Positions 6,374-15,002 of a DNA stretch of 36,029 bases are shown here, in pieces. The position numbers were made by a program, and so were the translations under genes. This DNA comes from a virus (lineage: Duplodnaviria > Caudoviricetes). Below the pieces are notes generated by a model. The model was not told the origin of the DNA and did no database searches. It worked only from the letters and a program-made list of their open reading frames with translations. Within the stretch, counting starts at the first letter, position 1. Each line of letters starts with the position of its first letter. The DNA lies in IMG/VR virus record IMGVR_UViG_3300009703_000050, positions 1-36,029 of that record, one strand, 5' to 3'.

Positions 6374-8059
6374 ATGATGAAGAACACGAAAACACAGACC
6401 AGCTACTGGCAGCCTCTTTTTGAGATGGAGCGTGCTGAGGATGGTAGCTTTACGGACACCGACCAGTGGCGTGCCCAAGCTGCGGCCAACGAGATTGCCG
6501 TCTGCGCCAGCACTGACTCGTGGCAGGAGTGGAGTGGCCCGGTCGTCACCTTCTACCGCACTTACGAGGAGATTCCGACCGAGCGCCTTGCGGCTGCTTG
6601 CGTCGCTGTGGCCAAGGCCATGAGCGCAGGAATGGATATCTCCGCGCTCGTCTTACACAAGGGACTCACTCAGGTCAACAGCGACGAGTGCCGTCCGATT
6701 GTGTACGACCCCGACAGCGGTTCCTCTTACCTGCGCGGCGGCCAGTTCTCTCGCGGCTACGGGGAGAGCTTTCTCCATACATACTTAGAGCAGTTCGACC
6801 GGCTGCTGGCTGAGGGCAACTTGGATACCAGCGAGAGCTACGAACCTTACCTGTCATCCTATTACGAGGATAACACCTGCTGGAAGGTCTTCGGTGCTGT
6901 GTGTCCGACGGGTGCGCTCAAGGCAGACTCACCGAGCGCGCAGCAGTTCGTTCTGCGGCAGCGATACCTTGACGAGGCTGCTGAGTACGGCCTGACCGCC
7001 GAGGTCATCATCGACTTCCTGTCCCTCACTGGACTGGACGCTGAGAAGATGAACTATGCTTGCTACATCAAGAGAAACTCCGCCACCACGAGGATGAGTT
7101 GCGCCGATGCGAGGATGACCACCGAGGTCGCCAAGGACGTTGCAGTCGCCATAGGAGCCATTCTGAGCCACGTTACCGCCAGCGTAAGGGGCAGAGGTGT
7201 CACCGAGGGGCTGGTGCCGCTGAGCGTCGGTTCTGCTCTCTTTAACCCTGCCATGCGGACAGACGTGCAACGTGACAGTCTCCAGTACCAAGTTCGGTGC
7301 CAAGGCAAGCGGTGGCTCGACGACAAGGTGCTGGTGGCCCTGCGGCAGTTCGTTTCGGCGGCAGGCGCGCAGGTTGTCCACGGCGCTGCTCACGGCGAGG
7401 TTGCTGGCGACCTGTTCATCGACCTCATCGAAAGCGGTGCCGTCCTGAACCTGACGAAGAACACAAGCATCAACGACGCGACCTTGTGCCTTGCTGCTCG
7501 GAGTGTGAGTAGCATGAGGGAAGGCGAGGATGAAGTAGCGGCTACTACCGCAACCAGCGAAGACCGCTACAGTGGTAATCGTAAACTGCGGAGCCTGTTC
7601 GGTGAGCTTGTCAGGTTGAAGCCTGAGCTTGCGACCGAGGCGCTGGCCGCACTGCTGGCCCGGCCCGGCATCGTTGGAGGTGGAGACAATGACTGGCACA
7701 CGCCTTACGGCTACATGCGCGGCTTCGCCTCACCCGACGACCCGAGTATCGACGCTGGCGCGCTGGGCAAGCTCATGCGTGGGCGTGGCCTGAAGATGAC
7801 CAAGAACCGGCTCAAGAGTCTCGTGCGCTTCACCGCGTACCTGTCCAACCTTGAGGCGTTCAATCCGTACCTGCTCAAGTTCCTGCTGGGGACTGAGAAG
7901 CACGGCAAGCGCGCAGCGAAGGAATGGCAGCTTAGGGCCAAAGCCGAGACAGGCGAGAGGGAGAAAGCTGCGTTGAATACGCCGACCGCCCTGTGCGTCG
8001 AAGAAGCGGACACGACCGAATACATAACCGTAACCACTGGCACCTACGATGCCCAGTAA
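6374..8059 (+). CDS. Large hypothetical protein (561 aa)
   Basis: Long ORF, typical codon use, own promoter; no motif recognised. Confidence 0.85.
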   Translation: MMKNTKTQTSYWQPLFEMERAEDGSFTDTDQWRAQAAANEIAVCASTDSWQEWSGPVVTFYRTYEEIPTERLAAACVAVAKAMSAGMDISALVLHKGLTQVNSDECRPIVYDPDSGSSYLRGGQFSRGYGESFLHTYLEQFDRLLAEGNLDTSESYEPYLSSYYEDNTCWKVFGAVCPTGALKADSPSAQQFVLRQRYLDEAAEYGLTAEVIIDFLSLTGLDAEKMNYACYIKRNSATTRMSCADARMTTEVAKDVAVAIGAILSHVTASVRGRGVTEGLVPLSVGSALFNPAMRTDVQRDSLQYQVRCQGKRWLDDKVLVALRQFVSAAGAQVVHGAAHGEVAGDLFIDLIESGAVLNLTKNTSINDATLCLAARSVSSMREGEDEVAATTATSEDRYSGNRKLRSLFGELVRLKPELATEALAALLARPGIVGGGDNDWHTPYGYMRGFASPDDPSIDAGALGKLMRGRGLKMTKNRLKSLVRFTAYLSNLEAFNPYLLKFLLGTEKHGKRAAKEWQLRAKAETGEREKAALNTPTALCVEEADTTEYITVTTGTYDAQ

Positions 8060-8072
8060 GAAGGAGAAGCGT

Positions 8073-8252
8073 ATGGACAGAGAGACACAGGAGAAGTTTG
8101 AGTTGCTCGTGGTTCGACTGCGGCGACAGTTTGGCGAGGGCGCTGTAATGCGCGCAGTCGCTGAGAAGTTTGGGCTGACATGGAAAGAAGCCCAGAAGCA
8201 ACTGAAGAAGGTGCCGCGCACTGCGAAGCAGAAGCGGAAGGGAGGTAACTGA
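8073..8252 (+). CDS. Small basic helical protein
   Basis: AAGGAG SD 6 nt before ATG 8073. Confidence 0.7.
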   Translation: MDRETQEKFELLVVRLRRQFGEGAVMRAVAEKFGLTWKEAQKQLKKVPRTAKQKRKGGN

Positions 8253-8253
8253 T

Positions 8254-8445
8254 ATGAAAGTAAGCTACACACTTGGCAAGACCATCAACGTCGGGAACTA
8301 CAACAGCGTGAGGATTGAACTCACGGTTGAAGACGAAGGCGACAACACTGACGGCGTTCTTTATGAGCGCCTGAGAGACTACGCTACCGACCGCGTGGCT
8401 GACGAAGAAACGCGCCTGCGCGCCGAGGCCGGTTCCAATGAGTAG
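8254..8445 (+). CDS. Small phage protein with TINVGNYNSVRI motif
   Basis: GGAGGT SD; resembles a recurrent TxNxGNY(E/N)SxR phage family (from memory). Confidence 0.75.
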   Translation: MKVSYTLGKTINVGNYNSVRIELTVEDEGDNTDGVLYERLRDYATDRVADEETRLRAEAGSNE

Positions 8446-8752
8446 GCACGAGTCTCTGCAAATCGAAGTAGTCGAGCCGGGCGCGTCGAGCGTCGAGTGT
8501 TCCCTTGAGGAGCGCCGAGCGGCGACCGGGCACAGCGGCGAGCATCGCCTGTATCGTTCGCTCTTGATGTCAGCTATTGCCGACGCATCGCGACCCGAGA
8601 ACTCGCACGAGCGCGAAGCTGCGCGCCGCTGGTTCGACGACTACAATGGCGACGAGCTTCATCCTGTCCTGTCGTGCAAGGCCGTGTGTCTCGCGCTGGA
8701 GATTGGCGAGCGTGAACTCGCTGCCGCGCTGCGCGCCAAGGTGTCGCTGTGA
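8438..8752 (+). CDS. Hypothetical helical protein, similar pattern to 33604-34002
   Basis: RL..SLL..AI.D...A.RWF......S...VC.ALEI pattern; overlaps neighbours. Confidence 0.75.
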   Translation: MSRHESLQIEVVEPGASSVECSLEERRAATGHSGEHRLYRSLLMSAIADASRPENSHEREAARRWFDDYNGDELHPVLSCKAVCLALEIGERELAAALRAKVSL

Positions 8753-9039
8753 TTCGCAGCGGGGAACTCGCGTACAGGCTTGGCGGCCTTGCGCTGCGCT
8801 ACGTCGCGTCACCACTCTCACACGCCGTCATGTTGGCGGGGGTTTTACACTTGACCTTTGGCGACTCAAGCCGGGTCGTTGACGGAGCCGTGGCCCTCGT
8901 GGTCGTGGCTCACGCGGCTTGGTTTGCTGTGACGCTGGAAAGCTGGAACGCGAGCGGGCAACGCATGACTAACGTCCTGCGTAGTTTTACCGAGCGCGGC
9001 AGCTTTCAGACACAGGAGAATGAAGATGAAGATGTATGA
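8749..9039 (+). CDS. Membrane protein
   Basis: GTGA coupling; hydrophobic segments. Confidence 0.65.
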   Translation: MIRSGELAYRLGGLALRYVASPLSHAVMLAGVLHLTFGDSSRVVDGAVALVVVAHAAWFAVTLESWNASGQRMTNVLRSFTERGSFQTQENEDEDV

Positions 9040-9286
9040 TATCGTAAGAATCCTCGCAGGGGCGCTCTCGACGACGTGGACGGCTCTAATGATAGGCATA
9101 GGAGTCACCCTACTGGTCGTGGCTGAACGTGGCGCTACGGGGCTAGGTTTGGTTCTGCTGGCAATTATCTACTACCAGTCGCACGTCAAGATGACGACAC
9201 TCACACAACTAACCACTCTGAGCCACGCGCTCGTGAGTGCCCAGATGTCAGTTTTTGAGGAGGATATCAACAATGAGGATAAGTAA
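9026..9286 (+). CDS. Two-TM membrane protein
   Basis: AGGAG SD; two hydrophobic helices; start could be 9020, 9026 or 9032. Confidence 0.7.
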   Translation: MKMYDIVRILAGALSTTWTALMIGIGVTLLVVAERGATGLGLVLLAIIYYQSHVKMTTLTQLTTLSHALVSAQMSVFEEDINNEDK

Positions 9287-9689
9287 CACAGCGGTACGAA
9301 TAGTGACCTACGAGGCCGAGGTCGAGCGCAAGGCTGACCAGCTTCGCGGCAAGATTGTGGAGGCCGACGACCAGCGCTTTGCTGACGACATCGACAGGCA
9401 AGGCGAACTCTCCGGGTACGGGTTCGACGAGGACTTGCGCCGGAGCGATTACACGCACGACACCACCGAGGGCGAGCTTGCTGACGACGTAATGGACGCG
9501 GCTGCGGATGCCGTGCGTCAGGACGTTATCGAGAACCGTTCGGTCTTCGTCAGCGTCCAGCCGGGCGAGAGCGCCGGGGCTGCGAGCGCTCGCGGTGTCG
9601 AGCTTCTCGACGAGTGGCAGGAGCAGGACGCGAGGCCGGGGACAGTAATTCTCATCTGGAGTCATACTTTGAACGAGGTGTCAAAATGA
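9273..9689 (+). CDS. Acidic hypothetical protein
   Basis: GAGGAGG SD before ATG 9273. Confidence 0.75.
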   Translation: MRISNTAVRIVTYEAEVERKADQLRGKIVEADDQRFADDIDRQGELSGYGFDEDLRRSDYTHDTTEGELADDVMDAAADAVRQDVIENRSVFVSVQPGESAGAASARGVELLDEWQEQDARPGTVILIWSHTLNEVSK

Positions 9690-9970
9690 AGAAGAACGGT
9701 TCAACATCAAGAACGAAATCCCAAGCTCGACGCAAGGCTGCCAAGAAAGCGAGGCGGCGAAAGCGTAAGGGTCAAGGGGGAAGTGAGAACGAGGGTGCGC
9801 GTCGTATTCTTCAGGGGCGCGGCTTCGATATGAGTAAGCTGAGGGCCTTGGCCTCGCGCTCGACCGAGGTCGCCTCGTTACGGAACGATGCAGCTAGCCG
9901 AGAGTTCGATGGTGCAGGCCTGATAGGGACAGCGGTCGGCGCAGGCGAGGATGACAAGGGAGGCGAGTAG
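9686..9970 (+). CDS. Hypothetical protein with K/R-rich N-terminus
   Basis: GAGGTG SD, ATGA coupling. Confidence 0.6.
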   Translation: MKKNGSTSRTKSQARRKAAKKARRRKRKGQGGSENEGARRILQGRGFDMSKLRALASRSTEVASLRNDAASREFDGAGLIGTAVGAGEDDKGGE

Positions 9971-10131
9971 ACGAACAACAGCGTCTGGTCGAATGGGTCA
10001 ACGCAGAAGCTGACGGGGTTCTGGACGACGTAGCAGGGCCGAAAGCGGTCTTTCAGGTAGTCCATTTCCTCTTTGCGGTAGGCAGCCTCGGTGTGCAGCC
10101 ATAAGAAGGCGCTGAAGATAAAATCGGTCAT
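9811..10131 (-). CDS. Antisense hypothetical protein (106 aa)
   Basis: On - strand TG-A-TATAAT 5 nt before ATG; first ~55 codons mostly C/G-ending and fill the + strand gap. Confidence 0.55.
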   Translation of the reverse strand: MTDFIFSAFLWLHTEAAYRKEEMDYLKDRFRPCYVVQNPVSFCVDPFDQTLLFVYSPPLSSSPAPTAVPIRPAPSNSRLAASFRNEATSVEREAKALSLLISKPRP

Positions 10132-10144
10132 TACTTATTATATC

Positions 10145-10669
10145 ATGAAACGAAGAAGCAAGCAGGAAGTAGACCAGTTAATCGAAGACCTCATGGAGCG
10201 TGCGTCTGACTTAGCCGAGTTCCATCTGGGTTTTCGGCTGGAGGTGCCTATCCGGGTCTTCACAGGCACCGGCTATGCTGGTTGCGTGATATGGGAAGGA
10301 GACGACCAGCCGCTCATGCGGCTGGCGAGGCACGTCCTCGTCAACGAGTCGCTGACTCAAATCATGGACTTGTACCACCACGAACTCGCGCACGTCTTCA
10401 CGCCCGAGGACGACAACCACGGCAGCGAGTGGCTGAAGATGTACATGGAGCTGGAGCCTCTGTCGCCGAGCGGCTGGTCAGAGAAGTGCGAGCTGCATTT
10501 CCACCGGGAAGACTGGCGCTACATAGGGGAGTGTTCCTGTGGCCGTGGCCATGAACGTAGGCGTGACAGGAGGCCGCGAGCAGACTGGACTTGCGCCAAG
10601 TGCCACGAGCCAGTCAGGTACGAAAGAAATGACGATTTTATGCCTTACAGGCTTGACGCGGTGCGGTAA
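10145..10669 (+). CDS. SprT-like zinc metalloprotease
   Basis: HHELAH...HGSEW plus C-terminal CSC...CAKC Zn ribbon. Confidence 0.85.
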   Translation: MKRRSKQEVDQLIEDLMERASDLAEFHLGFRLEVPIRVFTGTGYAGCVIWEGDDQPLMRLARHVLVNESLTQIMDLYHHELAHVFTPEDDNHGSEWLKMYMELEPLSPSGWSEKCELHFHREDWRYIGECSCGRGHERRRDRRPRADWTCAKCHEPVRYERNDDFMPYRLDAVR

Positions 10670-10682
10670 AGTATGATACAAT
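10653..10682 (+). promoter_or_regulatory. sigma70-type promoter with extended -10
   Basis: TTGACG-18-TACAAT, TG-N before -10. Confidence 0.7.
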
Positions 10683-10713
10683 GAGAGTATCAATACAACG
10701 AAGGAGGAACCAA

Positions 10714-10803
10714 ATGAACAACGACAACAACGAAGGTAAACACGGCTTCACGCTACTCACCATAATCTGTATTCTCGCAGCTTATATCAGTCTCGCAGTG
10801 TAA
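10714..10803 (+). CDS. 29-aa micro-protein with prepilin-like GFTL motif
   Basis: AAGGAGG SD; MNNDNNEGKHGFTLLTIICILAAYISLAV; stop abuts helicase ATG. Confidence 0.65.
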   Translation: MNNDNNEGKHGFTLLTIICILAAYISLAV

Positions 10804-12147
10804 ATGATTTACGTCAAAAACTACAGGCACGTTGCAGTCGTGGACAATCCCACGCCGGCAATCGACGAGTTGCTGACGAAGCAGCTACAGGTGAAGGCCG
10901 AGAAGCCTTGGTTCTCACCTGCCTACAAGAGCGGGCGGTGGTCAGGATTTTACAATCACTACCAAAAGCGCAGCCACGCCTTCGCGGCAGGACTACTTCC
11001 CAAGCTCGTAGAGAAGGGACTGGTCGAGGTCGAGGAGATGCAGAAGTGTCCTAAAATCACCAAAAACCTCACCTGTGGGGGTAGGGTAGAACCCCGCGAC
11101 TACCAATTGGAGGCCGCTACGGCGGCCCTAGCGGCAGGTAGGGGCATCATTCAGGTGCCTACAGGTGGCGGGAAGACCGTAATCATGTCTATGATGGCTC
11201 ACGCCATAAAGGGCCGCATACTGGTCATCGTGCCGACCAAGGCGCTACTGATGCAGACCGTCAAAGAGCTTCACAAGTTTCTACAGGAGCCAATCGGCGT
11301 AATCGGCGCAGGCGAGTTTACCGAGAGGCGCGTAACGGTGGGAATCATCAATAGCGTCAAAGTGGCCGAGAAGGAGTTCTTTCAGACTTGGGATGCTGTC
11401 TTCGTAGACGAGGCACAGCGCGCATCGGCGAAAGGCTACCAAGACACGCTTTTGGCCTGCTCCGCATATCTCCGTTTTGGCTTCAGCGCCGACGCACTCG
11501 ACTCCGAAGGCGTAAAGGCCGAAAAGGGCCAAACCCGGCAACAGATAGTTGGCGCTCTTGGCCCGCTGGTCTACAAGGTCAGTATGAGCGCGCTGAAGGA
11601 GGCGGGACACGTTGCAGAGCCGATTATCAAGCTGGTGAAGGTAGATGACCGAAATGGCGTAGATGACGAGTATGCGGAAGCGTATTGCCGGGCGCATTGC
11701 ACGAATGACCGCCTACAAGACGCAATCGGCCAAATAGTCGAAAATCACCCAAATGAGGCAACGCTGATTCTCGTCAGACACATCGCACACGGCGATTCGC
11801 TCCATAACGCGATTTCGGGCAGTAGGTGGGTTCACGGCAATTCCGACATTAAGGATATTGCCGCTGCGGTCGCAGATTTCCGAAATGGCGACTTTAACGT
11901 CTTAATCGCGTCTGACATCTTTAAGGAAGGAATCGACATTCCCGAAATAGACGTTTTAGTCATGGGAAGCGGAGATGTCGCTCCTACGAAGCAAAGGCTC
12001 GGTCGCGGATTGCGTAAAAAGGCCGTAGGGGCGAATAACAGCGTTTTCGTCTATGACTTCCAAATAGGCGAAAATAAGCATATTAACCGACATCTCAAAA
12101 AGCGCGTTAAGGTCTATCTGGCGGAAAAGCATAAAATCACCGTATGA
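10804..12147 (+). CDS. SF2 DNA helicase (UvsW-like)
   Basis: PRDYQ, PTGGGKT, VDEAQ, EGIDIP, QRLGRGLR. Confidence 0.92.
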   Translation: MIYVKNYRHVAVVDNPTPAIDELLTKQLQVKAEKPWFSPAYKSGRWSGFYNHYQKRSHAFAAGLLPKLVEKGLVEVEEMQKCPKITKNLTCGGRVEPRDYQLEAATAALAAGRGIIQVPTGGGKTVIMSMMAHAIKGRILVIVPTKALLMQTVKELHKFLQEPIGVIGAGEFTERRVTVGIINSVKVAEKEFFQTWDAVFVDEAQRASAKGYQDTLLACSAYLRFGFSADALDSEGVKAEKGQTRQQIVGALGPLVYKVSMSALKEAGHVAEPIIKLVKVDDRNGVDDEYAEAYCRAHCTNDRLQDAIGQIVENHPNEATLILVRHIAHGDSLHNAISGSRWVHGNSDIKDIAAAVADFRNGDFNVLIASDIFKEGIDIPEIDVLVMGSGDVAPTKQRLGRGLRKKAVGANNSVFVYDFQIGENKHINRHLKKRVKVYLAEKHKITV

Positions 12148-12153
12148 GCGTAT

Positions 12154-12232
12154 TAGCCAATATAAGACAATTCAATCCATCGAAAAACTTTGGATTGACC
12201 CCTATGGGGGGGTGCCCCCCTTTCTGTGTCAG
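12154..12232 (+). repeat. Dispersed ~80-bp element, copy 1, ending in G7/C6 terminator-like hairpin
   Basis: Aligns by eye with 18032-18110: TAGCCA-N4-AAGACAATTCAA...AAAAA...TTG...TATGGGGGGG. Confidence 0.7.
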
Positions 12233-12266
12233 GTTTTCAGATGCGCCGTATATATAGCCGCACCAC

Positions 12267-12295
12267 TTGACACCAGCGTTTGATTCGTGTACAAT
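12267..12295 (+). promoter_or_regulatory. sigma70-type promoter, ATG at predicted start site
   Basis: TTGACA-17-TACAAT-6 nt-ATG. Confidence 0.85.
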
Positions 12296-12301
12296 GGTAG
12301 T

Positions 12302-12730
12302 ATGAACAGTGAGAAACCACTAAGAGGACGCTTCTGGGGGACAGCCCAGAAAGCTAAAGAATGGGTCGCGGCAGGGCATATCCCTGTCAACAACCCAACA
12401 GGACACAAGGTAGCAGTACCGGAGGGATATGAAGTGCCAAAAGGAACCTTAGTTATACCAACAGGAAACGCAGGCCGCAAGTTCATGTACAGCGGAGGAC
12501 GAGGGCATTGCTCCGTCTGCCTGCGTTCTATGCCGGGCGGCCCCGAGGTCTGGCAGAAGCATAACACCGAGTGCGATGCCTGCCCCGCTACCATCACTGT
12601 CTGCGACGAGTGTGCTAACGTAGAGTTCCGCGCCCACGTCGTACCCAAGCGTGTGCTGGGCAGCTTTCTGTTCTGCTGCGAGCAGTGCAAGGATAACTTC
12701 AAGCTCATACCCATAAAGAGGGAGAGCTGA
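12302..12730 (+). CDS. Multi-CxxC zinc-finger protein
   Basis: CSVC, CDAC, CDEC, CEQC. Confidence 0.8.
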   Translation: MNSEKPLRGRFWGTAQKAKEWVAAGHIPVNNPTGHKVAVPEGYEVPKGTLVIPTGNAGRKFMYSGGRGHCSVCLRSMPGGPEVWQKHNTECDACPATITVCDECANVEFRAHVVPKRVLGSFLFCCEQCKDNFKLIPIKRES

Positions 12731-14100
12731 TGGGTGACATGGATATGTTTGAGGAAGACCCGACAGCCTTTGAGGCTGCCATCCTACAGCTAGGCCAGAC
12801 ACTCTGCGCCCTAAAGCGCGAGCCTATCGTGCAGACCACGAGTCCGCAGGACATCGGGTTCCTGTTCCTTGCCAGCGAGGGCTTTCGTACCGTCTACGGC
12901 GAGGGCGTGCTAGACTCCTACTTCGGCAAGCTCTGGACAGAGAAGCAGTGGGGCAGTCGCGTTGGGCCGTACAGCTTCGCCGACCCCGGCGTGCTTGCGA
13001 CCGAGGCACTGGCCCGCAAGCTGGGCAAGACCCTGCCCTGCTACAACACCGTCCTTGATAAGATAGACGTAGCCAAGTACACTGCGCTTATCGCCAGCGC
13101 GGCAGGCGTAAGTCTCCGCATGGTAGAGGCAGGCACTTGGGTTACAAGCGAGGGCCACGCAGGCGAGAGGATAGACGACCGCACCGTAGTCTATTATCTG
13201 CTGCTGGCCTTCGCCATCTGGTTTGTGAACAGAGGAGAGCTACACGACAAAGCTCACCTGATGTTCTCGCCTTCCTACTTACCGGGACTGACTGTCCCTA
13301 GTATATCTCTGGTCGAACGGTTCCTGAGTAACCCGAACTACGACAAGCAGCTCTACACATTCGTGGAAAGGTTCTGCAACCTGCCTAACGTCGTAGGGCC
13401 GTTCGACCAGATTCATTCACTCTTTCCGACCCACGCCGGGCTGCCGTTGATACTGCGACAGCTAACGCTAGGCCTGCACCGTGCCATCTACGAGGAGAGC
13501 GGACACAAGCCCAGTGAGCGTGTGCCTGCGAGCCGTCGCTACCCTGCGCTGTTCGCTGTTGGGTACGTCAACCTTACCACGCCTGACCCTGAGAACGAGA
13601 CAGAGATACTTACGAGTGAGCTTGACCTGAACTGGTTCACCAAGGCGCAGGAGGAGGAGTTGATAGTCAGCTTCAATCAGATGAAGGCACCCGAGCTTCG
13701 GGCGTACCTCACCGTGGGACTGCTGGAGATTAACTGCCGCGAGGGCGACAGCGAGGCGCGTAACCGGGAGCTAGTAGGCTTAGCACGGGTGAACCTCGCC
13801 CGACTGATGCGCCCCTACATGAGTAAGCTCACGCCGCTGGCTAAGTTCTCCATCGGAGAGTATGACAGTGACGTGTACCCCGAGACAGGACGCGAGATAG
13901 GACTGGTGCATCGCGCTGGACGTAAGCGTAGGAAGTGGGCTGGCCGGGAGTACGACGACGTGCAGAGGATAGTAGCCCGCGAGAAGGGCGACCAGTGGCA
14001 CTCGATGACCGAGGAGGAGCGCAAGGTTATCCGCGCCAGCCCCGACAGTCAACTAGAGATGGACACGGAACTCATGGCGGACTTTCTGAATGGACTCTAG
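12730..14100 (+). CDS. Hypothetical protein (456 aa) in the replication module
   Basis: Long ORF coupled at both ends; no motif recognised. Confidence 0.85.
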   Translation: MGDMDMFEEDPTAFEAAILQLGQTLCALKREPIVQTTSPQDIGFLFLASEGFRTVYGEGVLDSYFGKLWTEKQWGSRVGPYSFADPGVLATEALARKLGKTLPCYNTVLDKIDVAKYTALIASAAGVSLRMVEAGTWVTSEGHAGERIDDRTVVYYLLLAFAIWFVNRGELHDKAHLMFSPSYLPGLTVPSISLVERFLSNPNYDKQLYTFVERFCNLPNVVGPFDQIHSLFPTHAGLPLILRQLTLGLHRAIYEESGHKPSERVPASRRYPALFAVGYVNLTTPDPENETEILTSELDLNWFTKAQEEELIVSFNQMKAPELRAYLTVGLLEINCREGDSEARNRELVGLARVNLARLMRPYMSKLTPLAKFSIGEYDSDVYPETGREIGLVHRAGRKRRKWAGREYDDVQRIVAREKGDQWHSMTEEERKVIRASPDSQLEMDTELMADFLNGL

Positions 14101-14683
14101 ACGAGCAACGAGAATAGCGTTCGACCTCGACGGTACGCTTGCTAACTTCACTGGCAGTATGATTCGTGAAGTAAAGGAGCGCGAGGGCATCGACTTGACA
14201 CAGGAGACACTGCTCAGGGCATGGGACGAGTGCGACACCGAGGTGGGGCAAGCCGTCCACCGTGTGCATGAGTTCAGCCCTACCCTGTGGACGGACATGG
14301 ACTCGCTTGCGTCCCCCGAGGAGGCGGCTCGCATACAGGAGCTTGCCAACGACAGGCACAGCACCGTCTTGTTCATGACGTACCGGCCTACCAGCACGCA
14401 TCACGATAACTACGAGTGGTTGCAGCGGACGCTGGGCATCAAGTACCCTATCCTGCTCTCAGGAGCCGAGGATAAGAGCGACATCTGTCGGGGCATGAAG
14501 GTACAGCATCACATTGATGACCGTTGGTTCATTGCTCACGACATCAAGCTGAGCTGTCCCAACACCACGAGCTACCTAATAGACCAAGAGTATAACCAAG
14601 ACCACAACTGCGAGGCGCACGGGATTGTACGAGTAAATAATATTTCCGAATTCCTTGACATGAGCGTACCAAAAGGAGTATAA
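14090..14683 (+). CDS. HAD-family 5'(3')-deoxyribonucleotidase-like
   Basis: FDLDGTLA motif I, T.R motif II, K, IDDR motif IV. Confidence 0.85.
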   Translation: MDSRRATRIAFDLDGTLANFTGSMIREVKEREGIDLTQETLLRAWDECDTEVGQAVHRVHEFSPTLWTDMDSLASPEEAARIQELANDRHSTVLFMTYRPTSTHHDNYEWLQRTLGIKYPILLSGAEDKSDICRGMKVQHHIDDRWFIAHDIKLSCPNTTSYLIDQEYNQDHNCEAHGIVRVNNISEFLDMSVPKGV

Positions 14684-14684
14684 T
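14655..14684 (+). promoter_or_regulatory. Consensus sigma70 promoter inside the HAD 3' end
   Basis: TTGACA-18-TATAAT-6 nt-ATG. Confidence 0.8.
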
Positions 14685-14690
14685 AGAAGT

Positions 14691-15002
14691 ATGAAAGCAC
14701 AACAGGTAGAAGAGTGGGTTGAGATATCGAACGAGGCAGGAGTCAGTGGCAGGCTTCAGTCTGACCTGATAGACAAGATGTCGAAGGGCACGCGAGACTA
14801 CGGGGACTTTGACCCGACCGAGAAAGACGGGCGTGACCTACATCAGGAGTGTGCCGACGAGCTTGTCGATGCAGCCAACTACCTCATCATGAAGGTGCTA
14901 CAGCAGAAGGCAGACAACACCGACGTGCTGACCTCTACGACTCGCGTGGCACTCAAGTCCGTCGTGGCTTGTCTGGCAGAGGTACGGGCTGCGAACGGCT
15001 GA
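14691..15002 (+). CDS. All-alpha (MazG-like) NTP pyrophosphohydrolase-like protein
   Basis: KG..DYG then ECADELVDAANYL acidic helix. Confidence 0.6.
   Translation: MKAQQVEEWVEISNEAGVSGRLQSDLIDKMSKGTRDYGDFDPTEKDGRDLHQECADELVDAANYLIMKVLQQKADNTDVLTSTTRVALKSVVACLAEVRAANG

Noticed and set aside
12147-12175. - strand TTGAAT-17-TACGCT promoter in the duplicated element
   Set aside because: Spacing is not preserved in copy 2, so it does not explain the shared element.
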